Assembly: GCA_016721005.1 (NCBI GenBank)
Contig: JADKJM010000019.1
Location: forward strand, 323,747 to 387,746
Length of the DNA stretch: 64,000 nt
Direction: 5' to 3'
Source: Flavobacteriales bacterium
Lineage (GTDB): Bacteria; Bacteroidota; Bacteroidia; Flavobacteriales_F; PHOS-HE28
The notes below the pieces were generated by a model. The model was given only the letters and a program-made list of their open reading frames with translations. It was not told where the DNA came from and searched no databases. The translations under genes were made by a program, and so were the position numbers. Shown here one piece after another: positions 38,969 through 47,363 of this stretch. How positions within the stretch are numbered: position 1 is the stretch's first letter; every line of letters begins with the position of its first letter.

Positions 38969-39682
38969 TCAGGACAAGGTGGCGTGCAGAACGGCCGGTG
39001 ACCGTAGCTCGCCAAGACCATCCACGTGGAGCCTGAAATAGAGCAAGAGATGATCGAGCAGGTCCCGGCGCTGGGCGGCAGGAAGAACCACTTCCTCCAG
39101 TGCGCCCAGTTCGATATCAAGCAATCGGATCAGCACGTTGCTGAGTGGTGGAGCAAGGGTGTGTCCGTGTGGAACACCTGCCGGAACGAAACATCCGGCC
39201 ATCAGGTCGAAATGATCCGCGCCGGGTGAAGGATGCTCCGGAAAGAAGCCCAGATGCCCGGAGAGCTGCAAGAGGAAGATCAGCGGATATCCCTGCAACA
39301 CATCACTGGCATCAATGGTCTCCAGCGCTTCGCGGACGAAGGCATCGAGCGACGGGTCCGCCGCCTCCGCCCGGAGAACGCGGTACAACACTTCCTGTGT
39401 GAAGAGGATCAGCGAGCCACGGATCGGGTCGCGATGCACATTCAAGTAGGGCTTCTCCACGCGGACCTCGCGCGCGGTATGCATGTCCGCGTCGGGTCGT
39501 TCATCCGCGACCAGTTCGATCCGGTTCAGTGGTTGAAGCGCCGCCATGGATCCGCCGTTCTTCGCACCGGTCCGCACCATGTAGGATCGCGCCCCCGCGT
39601 GTGTGGTCCAGGTCTTCACCACCACGCTGCGATCGCCGTAGCGAATGGTCTTCAGGACAATGGCGTGTGCGGTCTGCAACAT
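38969..39682 (-). CDS. recO: DNA repair protein RecO
   Basis: 237 aa; N-terminal OB-fold region MLQTAHAIVLKTIRYGDRSVVVKTWT… and overall RecO-like organisation. Confidence 0.7.
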   Translation of the reverse strand: MLQTAHAIVLKTIRYGDRSVVVKTWTTHAGARSYMVRTGAKNGGSMAALQPLNRIELVADERPDADMHTAREVRVEKPYLNVHRDPIRGSLILFTQEVLYRVLRAEAADPSLDAFVREALETIDASDVLQGYPLIFLLQLSGHLGFFPEHPSPGADHFDLMAGCFVPAGVPHGHTLAPPLSNVLIRLLDIELGALEEVVLPAAQRRDLLDHLLLYFRLHVDGLGELRSPAVLHATLS

Positions 39683-39711
39683 CTCGATCGCGTTCTACGC
39701 TCGAAGCCCGA

Positions 39712-42066
39712 TCAACGAACCACGAGCAGCTTCGTGTTGCACTTGTACAAGCCTTCGCGGTCACTGGAGAACACCATGTACACGCCCGTGGCCACGCGGT
39801 TGCCGCTCATGTCGTTCCCGTTCCAGATGGCTTGGCCACCCAACGAGGTGGTGCGATAGACCAGGTTTCCGCTCACGTCGGTGATCTTCACTTCGGAGTC
39901 GCGCACAAGACCCGTGATCGAAATGGGGCCGGTGTATGTTTCGCGAACCGGATTCGGGAAGATGGATGCGCAATTCGCATCATCCGCGCTTTCCACCGCA
40001 TCCGATCGGTAGCCGATGATCCCACGGTCCGTGCCGAAGAAGACCTCGCCGGTGATATCGTTGATCGCGATCGAGGTGATCGTGTTGCTGGGCAATGGAC
40101 TGTTCGTCTCGGTGAAGTGGTGGATCTGCGTGCGTCCATCGGCACTCACCAGGAAGGCGCCTCCGGTCTGGGTGCCGATCCATTTCCGGTTCGCTCCATC
40201 CACGGTGATCGCACTGACGAATTCGGTCTCGAGCAGGATCTGCACGTTGCCGCTCTGTTCGATAAGGATCTGTTGCGCGTCGTAGTTGCCTTCATTACTG
40301 AAGATGGCTGCCGGGTCGTAGAAAACAGCGATGCCCTTGCTCGTTCCCACCCAGATCTGGCCGTCCTTGTCCTCGGCGATGCTCAGGACATCCGGTGATG
40401 GAAGTCCACCTGTTCCGGGTGTGTTGTTGACCGCTTTGTACTGGTCGTCGCCAGTGTCGGAGATCGTGCCATTATCATTGAAGACCAACAGCGCATTGCC
40501 TCGCGGACGGATGATCCATTTGTACCCGTTGCTCGCCGCAAGGATCTCCGCGAGGAGAAGGTTACCGTTGAGCACCGAGCCGGGTGTGAAACTGTACCAT
40601 GTGCCGTTCCGCGTGCGAACGGAAATGGGCGCAGCGGCCCAAGCATTGGTCATCCATAGGTTCCCTCCTTGGTCATAGCTCAAGCCGCCCACGTTCACCT
40701 TGCCCGATCCATCATTGGTGACCACTCCGAGCGAACTGTTCCCTACTGTGTAGTTGGCAACGGGTACACGATCGCGGAACTCCAACAATGCATCATCCCA
40801 GCTTCCAGCAAAGGCGTGGTTCGGGTCGTCCGGATCCACGGCCACGCAGATGAAATCGTTCATGGCACCTGCAAAAGCATTCCCGCCGGCCATGGTCGGA
40901 TCATTGTCCGGTTTCGTGGTCCGCCATTCCTCGTCGACGAAATGATGCACGCCGTCCTTGAGAAAGGTATTGCCCCAATTCCCGGAAGGGCTTCCAGCAG
41001 CAACATACACAGCGCCTCCGCGTGAATCCATGCGGTATACACTTGCGTTCAGCGGTCCATTGGGTCTCACGGTCGTGCCCAGTTCTCCCCCATCGGCGCG
41101 CGCAAGCCCAGCGAACCGGTCAGCGACCCATAGGTAGCCATTGGAAGAGCGGATCGAACGCGCAGGAATGGCCGGGACCGATCCATATGCCGTGGTCTGG
41201 CTGATGAATTGTTCGTTCGGGCCGAAGGTCCCGATGTCGTATTCGTGGGAGAAGACAATGAACTGTCCATCCGCCGAAACACGCATGTCGTGGTTCCTTC
41301 GCCCTTGGATCTGCGAGAACCGTTGCCACGTGTTATCGGGTCGAAGGACAAGCACGGTGTCGGTGTCATCACTGGTCTTCCGGAAGTTGATGAAGGGGTG
41401 CCCTTGGAAGGTCTGGGCCAGATCGAACGGACCATTGGCCATGCCATCGCCCATGTCCGTCCGCTTACGCCAGCTGGTGAAGGCGGTCAGGTTGGGGGAA
41501 TTCCGTCCTGCGGTGTAGAGCCCGGTGCTCGTGGCCGCATAGATGGAGTCCGCACTGAAGGTGATCGCATTCACTTGCAACTGTCCACCATTGGGGCCGA
41601 TGAACCAGGTCTCCTTCACCTCGCGGCGCGCCAGATCCACCACCACAATACCAAAGCCACAGCCGAGGTAGGCCGTGGTTCCTTCCTGGTGCACCGAATA
41701 GATGGCCTTGTCGCCAAGGATCGAGCTGCGCTTGATGTCGCCCATGTTGAAACTACGCTCGCCTTCCACGAGATCCAAGTTCCCATTGCCGTAATACACG
41801 ATCAGCGTATGCAGTTCCTGGTTCCACGCCAACCCGCGGATGTCCACATCGTTCAGCGCATTCGTCTTGTTGATCCGGTCGATCTCGCCGGTTGATGGAT
41901 CGAAGCGGAACAGGCCGTTGGCCGTGGCACAATAAGCCTTTCCATCACCTTCCACCACGTCGATCATCCGCAGGTACGGGAAGTGATCCCGCCAGGCGCC
42001 GATGGGTGTCTGGCTAAAACCGGCCAGGGAGAGCGTCACGAAAAGGACGGAGAGATAACGATGCAT
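39712..42066 (-). CDS. PorZ-like T9SS protein: two-component-regulator-propeller (Reg_prop) repeats plus a type-A T9SS C-terminal sorting domain
   Basis: Signal peptide (…LSVLFVTLSLAGFSQ); many Reg_prop-like repeats (…AYCATANGLFRFDPSTGE…, …SIYAATSTGLYTAG…, …IWVGTSKGIAVFYDP…). C-terminal …SIFPNPVRETYTGPISITGL…TGVYMVFSSDREGLYKCNTKLLVVR is a Por_Secre_tail. ATG at 42066 (the ORF-track start is an upstream GTG). Confidence 0.6.
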   Translation of the reverse strand: MHRYLSVLFVTLSLAGFSQTPIGAWRDHFPYLRMIDVVEGDGKAYCATANGLFRFDPSTGEIDRINKTNALNDVDIRGLAWNQELHTLIVYYGNGNLDLVEGERSFNMGDIKRSSILGDKAIYSVHQEGTTAYLGCGFGIVVVDLARREVKETWFIGPNGGQLQVNAITFSADSIYAATSTGLYTAGRNSPNLTAFTSWRKRTDMGDGMANGPFDLAQTFQGHPFINFRKTSDDTDTVLVLRPDNTWQRFSQIQGRRNHDMRVSADGQFIVFSHEYDIGTFGPNEQFISQTTAYGSVPAIPARSIRSSNGYLWVADRFAGLARADGGELGTTVRPNGPLNASVYRMDSRGGAVYVAAGSPSGNWGNTFLKDGVHHFVDEEWRTTKPDNDPTMAGGNAFAGAMNDFICVAVDPDDPNHAFAGSWDDALLEFRDRVPVANYTVGNSSLGVVTNDGSGKVNVGGLSYDQGGNLWMTNAWAAAPISVRTRNGTWYSFTPGSVLNGNLLLAEILAASNGYKWIIRPRGNALLVFNDNGTISDTGDDQYKAVNNTPGTGGLPSPDVLSIAEDKDGQIWVGTSKGIAVFYDPAAIFSNEGNYDAQQILIEQSGNVQILLETEFVSAITVDGANRKWIGTQTGGAFLVSADGRTQIHHFTETNSPLPSNTITSIAINDITGEVFFGTDRGIIGYRSDAVESADDANCASIFPNPVRETYTGPISITGLVRDSEVKITDVSGNLVYRTTSLGGQAIWNGNDMSGNRVATGVYMVFSSDREGLYKCNTKLLVVR

Positions 42067-42146
42067 CACGTTCGGTTCAAGGGTTCGGGCACGCGTTCAA
42101 CGCCAAATCGGGCCGATCCGTATGGGCCAAGGTAGATCCGGGAAGG

Positions 42147-42171
42147 AAAAAGCCCCTGCATATGCAGAGGC
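42147..42171 (-). terminator. Intrinsic terminator downstream of tRNA-Cys
   Basis: Minus-strand RNA AAAGCCUCUGCAUAUGCAGGGGCUUUUUCC: 9-bp stem including one G-U pair, short loop, U5 tract. Confidence 0.6.
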
Positions 42172-42177
42172 TTTCCG

Positions 42178-42248
42178 AGGTCGCGTGCGGATTCGAACCG
42201 CAGTAGCAGCTTTTGCAGAGCTGTGCCTAGCCACTCGGCCACGCGACC
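42178..42248 (-). tRNA. tRNA-Cys (anticodon GCA), 71 nt, CCA not encoded
   Basis: Reverse complement GGTCGCGTGGCCGAGTGGCTAGGCACAGCTCTGCAAAAGCTGCTACTGCGGTTCGAATCCGCACGCGACCT folds by hand into a cloverleaf: 7-bp acceptor stem, anticodon stem CAGCT/AGCTG with loop CTGCAAA, T-arm TGCGG-TTCGAAT-CCGCA, discriminator U. Confidence 0.85.
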
Positions 42249-42312
42249 TTGTAAGAACGGCGGCGAAGATAGGTGGCCGGGTCCGTCCGCCTGCCTTGCT
42301 TGGTCCTGATCG

Positions 42313-42663
42313 TCATCCCTCCACGGTGTAGGTCACTTCGGCCACATCACCCTGTACCGGTGGGCGCTCCTTCACCACGCGCACCCGCCAGTTCAACGGT
42401 TGCGACCATTGCTCCTTCAGGGCTGTATGGATCCTTCGGGCCACATGTTCGATCAGCTTGCTGCGGATGGCCATCTGCTCCTTCACGATGGAGGTGATGC
42501 GTCCGTAGTCCACGGTATCGGTGAGGTCGTCCGAGTTCTCCGCACGGACCAGATCGCCGGAGACGGTGATGTCGATACGATAGTGCCCCCCGATCCGCGC
42601 TTCCTCCTCCAAGCATCCGTGATAGGCGAACACCCGGATGTCCTTCACCTCGATCAAGCCCAT
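42313..42663 (-). CDS. folB: Dihydroneopterin aldolase
   Basis: MGLIEVKDIRVFAYHGCLEEEARIGGHYRIDITV…DYGRITSIV fits FolB (K-x-x-x-F-x-x-x-H-G … E-x-x-x-G-Q motifs). Alternative ATG at 42672. Overlaps the gltX 3' end. Confidence 0.8.
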   Translation of the reverse strand: MGLIEVKDIRVFAYHGCLEEEARIGGHYRIDITVSGDLVRAENSDDLTDTVDYGRITSIVKEQMAIRSKLIEHVARRIHTALKEQWSQPLNWRVRVVKERPPVQGDVAEVTYTVEG

Positions 42664-44189
42664 GTGCGGCATAGTTCAAGTCCTGCTTTCAGGCGGGCAA
42701 TGACTTCTTCCTTGCCCAACAATGCGCTGACATCGAACATGCCCGGACCCTGCATCCTCCCGGCTACGAAGAGGCGATACAAAGGCATCAGCTGCCCGAC
42801 CTTCATTCCGTGCGCTTGCAGGACTTCCCGGAACGCGGCCTCGATCGATGCTGCTGTGATAGCCGGAAGCCCTTCGAGCTTGGTGATGAAATCCTCCAAG
42901 CCATCCGCAGCTTCAGGTTTCCACCGCTTCTTCAATTCCTCATTTGCTTCCGCGTTCCCGTTCAGCGGGGAACCTGAGGTAAAGAGATAGGCGCCTTCGA
43001 GCATGTCCTCCACGAAGGTGGCCCGTTCCTTCAACAAGTTCGCTGCGGTGGTCGCGCGGTCGGTTGTCGTATCGATCCCTTTGCTCTTCAACGCGGCCTG
43101 AAGTTGTTGCCCTAGTTCCGCATCCGGGCGGGCGCGCAGGTATTGCTGGTTGAACCAGTTGGTCTTTTCCGGATCGAACCGCGCACCGCCTTTGTGTACC
43201 CGCTGTAGGTCGAAGAGTTCCGTCATGCGCTCCATGCTCATCAACTCCTCATCGCCACCGGGATTCCATCCGAGCAACGCAAGCATGTTGATGAAGGCTT
43301 CCGGGTAATAGCCCTTCTCCCGATAACCACTGCTCTTCTCCCCGGAGGTCGGGTCGATCCAATCCAACGGGAACACCGGAAAACCCAGTCGATCGCCATC
43401 GCGCTTGCTCAATTTCCCGTTCCCGTCCGGCTTCAGGATCAATGGCAGGTGTGCGAAAGCCGGGCGCTCCCAGCCAAAGGCTTCGTAGATCAGTACATGC
43501 AGTGGGGCGCTCGGCAACCACTCTTCTCCGCGTATCACATGCGTGATGTGCATGAGGTGATCATCCACGATGTTCGCCAAGTGGTAGGTCGGCATGCCAT
43601 CGCTCTTGAACAACACCTTGTCATCAATGTTCGCGCTGTGAACAACCACCCATCCGCGGATCAGGTCCTCGAAGCGGATCTCCTGTTGGCGAGGCACCTT
43701 CAGTCGGATCACGTGTTCATCACCCCGCGCCAACCGTTCCTTCACTTCGTCCGCGCTAAGTGTGAGCGAGTTCTTCATGTGCTCACGCGTAACTGCTGTG
43801 TACGCCGCCGCAGCTACTCCTGCGGCTTTCAACCGCTCGCGCATGGCGTCGAGTTCCTCCGGGGTGTCGAATGCGTAGTAGGCCTTGTCTGCTGCGATCA
43901 ATTGATCCGCGTACTGCCTGTAGAGTTCCTTGCGGTCGCTTTGCCGATACGGTCCGTCCGGTCCGCTCTTCCACGGACTTTCATCCGGATCAAGGCCGCA
44001 CCACTCCAGCGCAGCCTTGATGTACTCCTCCGCGCCCGGCACGAAGCGCGTACGATCGGTGTCCTCGATCCGAAGCAGGAAGGTTCCTCGGTGTTTGCGC
44101 GCGAACAGGTAGTTGTACAGGGCTGTGCGCACGCCACCCATGTGCAGGGGTCCTGTGGGACTTGGCGCGAAACGGACTCTTACCGACAT
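42654..44189 (-). CDS. gltX: Glutamate--tRNA ligase
   Basis: HIGH motif region RFAPSPTGPLHMGGVRTALYNYLFA; class-I GluRS organisation; 511 aa. Confidence 0.9.
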   Translation of the reverse strand: MSVRVRFAPSPTGPLHMGGVRTALYNYLFARKHRGTFLLRIEDTDRTRFVPGAEEYIKAALEWCGLDPDESPWKSGPDGPYRQSDRKELYRQYADQLIAADKAYYAFDTPEELDAMRERLKAAGVAAAAYTAVTREHMKNSLTLSADEVKERLARGDEHVIRLKVPRQQEIRFEDLIRGWVVVHSANIDDKVLFKSDGMPTYHLANIVDDHLMHITHVIRGEEWLPSAPLHVLIYEAFGWERPAFAHLPLILKPDGNGKLSKRDGDRLGFPVFPLDWIDPTSGEKSSGYREKGYYPEAFINMLALLGWNPGGDEELMSMERMTELFDLQRVHKGGARFDPEKTNWFNQQYLRARPDAELGQQLQAALKSKGIDTTTDRATTAANLLKERATFVEDMLEGAYLFTSGSPLNGNAEANEELKKRWKPEAADGLEDFITKLEGLPAITAASIEAAFREVLQAHGMKVGQLMPLYRLFVAGRMQGPGMFDVSALLGKEEVIARLKAGLELCRTWA

Positions 44190-44272
44190 GGTCGAACGTG
44201 TGCTGGGTAGACAGCGGACAACGGTCTGCTGGTTGAATGGAATGCGAAGTTATCCGGCGATATGCGCGGGAT

Positions 44273-44599
44273 TCACACCTGTACCCCCTTCAGCAGGAGT
44301 CGCTGCCAAGCGGTGTGTTTGCGGAGATAGCCCTTGATCGTTGGGTGCGTCGGGATCAGCTTCAGGCTGTTCTCCTCCACCCAATTCAAGGTCTTCTCCA
44401 TCATCACATCGGCTACGCCCAAGGATTGGATGGGCCGCGGTACATCAAGGGTGCCTAGGAATATCCGATCGCCATCGCGGTCGTATTCGAGACGCGCCCG
44501 GTGCCCATTGACACGCAGAACGAACTGGCGTGAATCAGGTTCGTCCTCCAAGTGGATGGTCGAAAAGTCGAGGGTCTCGGTCGGGATCGTCTTTGCCAT
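44273..44599 (-). CDS. Small GNAT-family N-acetyltransferase (YjdJ-like)
   Basis: 108 aa; …FVLRVNGHRARLEYDRDGDRIFLGTLDVPRPIQSLGVADVMMEKTLNWVEENSLKLIPTHPTI matches short Acetyltransf_CG-type GNAT proteins. Confidence 0.6.
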   Translation of the reverse strand: MAKTIPTETLDFSTIHLEDEPDSRQFVLRVNGHRARLEYDRDGDRIFLGTLDVPRPIQSLGVADVMMEKTLNWVEENSLKLIPTHPTIKGYLRKHTAWQRLLLKGVQV

Positions 44600-44702
44600 G
44601 TCGGCACAAAATTAACATCCCCTACCCGGTATGGCGCATTCCTGCTCAGGATGGGCTTTAGGCGGGGTGAGAAATGGGCTGTGCCGATAGTACTTTGGAC
44701 GC

Positions 44703-46262
44703 ATGTACAGAACACTACTTCTGCCACTGGCTTTGGTGTTTCATGTCGTTCTACGCGCTCAATGCGGCGCCTGTGCCATCGGCGACACCTGCACGGTCGA
44801 TCCACCCTTACCGACTGTTTGCCCGGCGATCACACCGGAGGGAACCGTAGGTGTACCCTATGAAGTGGATGTGACCTTCTGGATCCCCCCATCCTTTCCG
44901 GAGCCGACCACGAATTTGAATGTGGTCGTCAGCCAGATCGTGCTCAACAGCTTGGAGAATGTGCCTCTCGGGCTGACCTATCAAGCCAGCAGCCCCGACC
45001 TGACGTACTACCCCCAGATCAACCCCTTTGGTTGTGTGCGCGTTTGTGGAACCCCGATGGTCGCCGGTTCGGATACGATCTTCATCCATGCCACAGCGAC
45101 TGCGACGGTTGGTGGAGTAGGCACTACCCAGGATTATGATCTACCGATCCCGATCCTCATCCACCCAGCGGCACTGGACACCGCTCCGGACTTCAGCATT
45201 TCCGCGACCACTGGTTGTCCACCGCTCACGGTGTCCTTCGACCCTTTGATCAACGCGCCAGGGTTGACGAGCAGTTACAATTGGAACTTCGGCAACGGCA
45301 ACACCTTCGTCGGAGCAACGCCACCCGACCAGACCTATACCGGCGTCGGCGACCACATCGTCAGCCTTCAGACCACGGTAACTGTTCCGGTGCTTACACA
45401 ACTCACTGTTTCCAACATCAACAATAACTGGTGCGGCGACCTCGACGAGCCGAATATTCCGATCGTGGGATGTGTTGGACAACCCGATCTGTACTTCACG
45501 ATCACCGACGCTCAATATGGACTGAGCAGAAGTGTCACCGTGAACAATACGCAAAGCCACACCTGGAACAACCTGTCCATCCCGCTCACGTTCCCTCCAT
45601 TCACCCTGCGCGTGTATGACCAGGACGCCGTGAGCGCTGATGATCTGCTGGGCACGTTCCAATTCACAAACTCCGGGAACTTCTCCTTCAACCAAGGCGG
45701 TACCGCTGGTCAGGGTGTTGTTCAAATACAGACCGTACAGGTCTTCAACTACTCGGATACCATCACCGTGCTCCCCGCGCCGAACACCACGATCACCTTC
45801 AACGGAAGCGTACTGTGTGCTTTTGACCAGGGTCTTGTCGGGTACGAGTGGTCCCTTAACAGTGTGGTGCTGCCTGACGAACAAGGACCCTGCGTGCTTG
45901 CGTCCAACGGCCAATGGTCGGTCACGGGAACGAATTCCTTCGGGTGTACATCCACCTCGAATTACCAGGTCATCGGGATGGGATTGAGCGAATACGGAGC
46001 AGGATCAGGACTCGATCTGTTCCCGGTTCCGAACAGCGGACGATTCACCGTGCGTTTGCGTGATCGAACATCGAATGCACGCATCCTGTTGCGGGTCTTC
46101 GACGCCGTTGGCGCGTTGGTATATGAAGAGCGCGTGAATGGCGCTATTCCGGAAGGTGGGTCGGTTGTCGATCTCTCTGGTGTCGCCGCCGGATCCTACA
46201 CGCTGCGCGTGGATGACGGAACTCGTGCGCTGACCAAAGCGTTCGTGGTCCGCCCGCACTAG
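44703..46262 (+). CDS. T9SS type-A cargo protein: signal peptide, Cys-rich N-terminal module, PKD domain, C2-like beta-sandwich motif, Por_Secre_tail CTD (paralog of 47364..49136)
   Basis: PKD signature …SATTGCPPLTVSFDP…YNWNFGNGNT…PPDQTYTGVGDHIVSLQTTV. CTD …LDLFPVPNSGRFTVRL…LLRVFDAVGALVYEERV…VDLSGVAAGSYTLRVDDGTRALTKAFVV. Confidence 0.75.
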   Translation: MYRTLLLPLALVFHVVLRAQCGACAIGDTCTVDPPLPTVCPAITPEGTVGVPYEVDVTFWIPPSFPEPTTNLNVVVSQIVLNSLENVPLGLTYQASSPDLTYYPQINPFGCVRVCGTPMVAGSDTIFIHATATATVGGVGTTQDYDLPIPILIHPAALDTAPDFSISATTGCPPLTVSFDPLINAPGLTSSYNWNFGNGNTFVGATPPDQTYTGVGDHIVSLQTTVTVPVLTQLTVSNINNNWCGDLDEPNIPIVGCVGQPDLYFTITDAQYGLSRSVTVNNTQSHTWNNLSIPLTFPPFTLRVYDQDAVSADDLLGTFQFTNSGNFSFNQGGTAGQGVVQIQTVQVFNYSDTITVLPAPNTTITFNGSVLCAFDQGLVGYEWSLNSVVLPDEQGPCVLASNGQWSVTGTNSFGCTSTSNYQVIGMGLSEYGAGSGLDLFPVPNSGRFTVRLRDRTSNARILLRVFDAVGALVYEERVNGAIPEGGSVVDLSGVAAGSYTLRVDDGTRALTKAFVVRPH

Positions 46263-46321
46263 AAAACCCGCTGCGGTCCACTCGGCTAATTTCGCCGACC
46301 TCACGGCTGACCCGTGGTTCG

Positions 46322-47329
46322 ATGTCCTCCCCGCGCGTAACCGTCCTGACCACCTTGTACAACAAGGGGCCCTTCGTGGAGCAGGCGGTGCGCAGCATCC
46401 TGGACGGATCATTCGGCGACTTCGAGCTTCTCATCGTGGATGATGCGAGTACCGATGATGGGCTCGAGCGGACTCGTCGTTTCACGGACCCGCGCATACG
46501 GATACTGACGAGTGCCGAGAATACCGGACGTGCAGCGGCGGCCAACCGCGGATATGATGCGGCACGCGGGGAATACGTCGCAGTGCTCGACGCCGACGAC
46601 GTCGCGCATCCCGAACGCTTGGCGGAACAGATCACCTTTCTCGAAGCGCATCCGGACGTCGGTGTTTGCGGGAGCTATGCACAAACTTTCGGGGTTCGTG
46701 ATCATGTGGCCACATGGCCGACCACGGATGAAGAGGCGCGCGGACTGTTGCTCTTTCAGGACCCGCTGCTGTACGGCTCCTCCATGATCCGCAGGAGTGT
46801 TCTGGAGGAGAACGGGATCAGGTGCCTCTCCGATTGGCGCACGCCCGGCATGGATTATCTCTTTCTGATCGCCATCGCCAAACACACGCGCACCGCGACC
46901 ATACCGGAACCCTTGATGAGCTATCGGTTGGGTGATCAGAATTTTCGTCATGGCCACGACCTCATTGAAGTCCGCGCAAAGATCTACCGGGAGGTTTTCC
47001 GTTTCTATAACATCCCGGCGAGCGAGGAGGAGATCGCGCTTCAGTTGCTCTTCCACCGCCTCTACCGCGAACTTCCGGACGCACGGACGATCCGATCACT
47101 CTTCCGCTGGGCGGCGAAGCTCAAGACCTTCAACAAGGAGCACCGGCTTTTCACAAGCGCTGTGTTCGAAGCACGCCTGCAACAAGAGTTGGGGCGCTGG
47201 TACTATGTGCTCGCAGACCATGTACTATGGCCTTCACTCACGCACCTTTGGCTGATGGGTGGATGGCCCGGTGGTCGTTTGGCCTACTTGGTGAGATCAC
47301 GCCTGAGCCGTCTGTTCCGTAAGCCGTAG
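46322..47329 (+). CDS. Glycosyltransferase family 2
   Basis: VTVLTTLYNKGPFVEQAVRSILDGSFGDFELLIVDDASTDDG…VAVLDADDVAHPERL are GT2 (GT-A fold) DxD-type motifs. Confidence 0.85.
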   Translation: MSSPRVTVLTTLYNKGPFVEQAVRSILDGSFGDFELLIVDDASTDDGLERTRRFTDPRIRILTSAENTGRAAAANRGYDAARGEYVAVLDADDVAHPERLAEQITFLEAHPDVGVCGSYAQTFGVRDHVATWPTTDEEARGLLLFQDPLLYGSSMIRRSVLEENGIRCLSDWRTPGMDYLFLIAIAKHTRTATIPEPLMSYRLGDQNFRHGHDLIEVRAKIYREVFRFYNIPASEEEIALQLLFHRLYRELPDARTIRSLFRWAAKLKTFNKEHRLFTSAVFEARLQQELGRWYYVLADHVLWPSLTHLWLMGGWPGGRLAYLVRSRLSRLFRKP

Positions 47330-47363
47330 TCGACCTACCTTGCCTTCCAACCCAAGCTCGCCC

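Noticed and set aside
39529-40398. 289-aa plus-strand ORF (also 41209..41895, 228 aa)
   Set aside because: Antisense to the PorZ-like gene, R/A/H/D-rich with no domain signals. The minus-strand frame gives propeller repeats and a T9SS CTD.
43449-44210. 253-aa plus-strand ORF antisense to gltX
   Set aside because: gltX on the minus strand has a HIGH motif and full GluRS length; the antisense ORF is R/H-rich.
45141-45914. 257-aa minus-strand ORF (also 46409..47056, 47583..47912, 50323..50967, 51997..52551)
   Set aside because: They are antisense to the well-supported plus-strand genes of the 44703..53521 cluster, with H/R/E/Q-rich wrong-frame composition (some mirror the low-complexity coiled-coil DNA).
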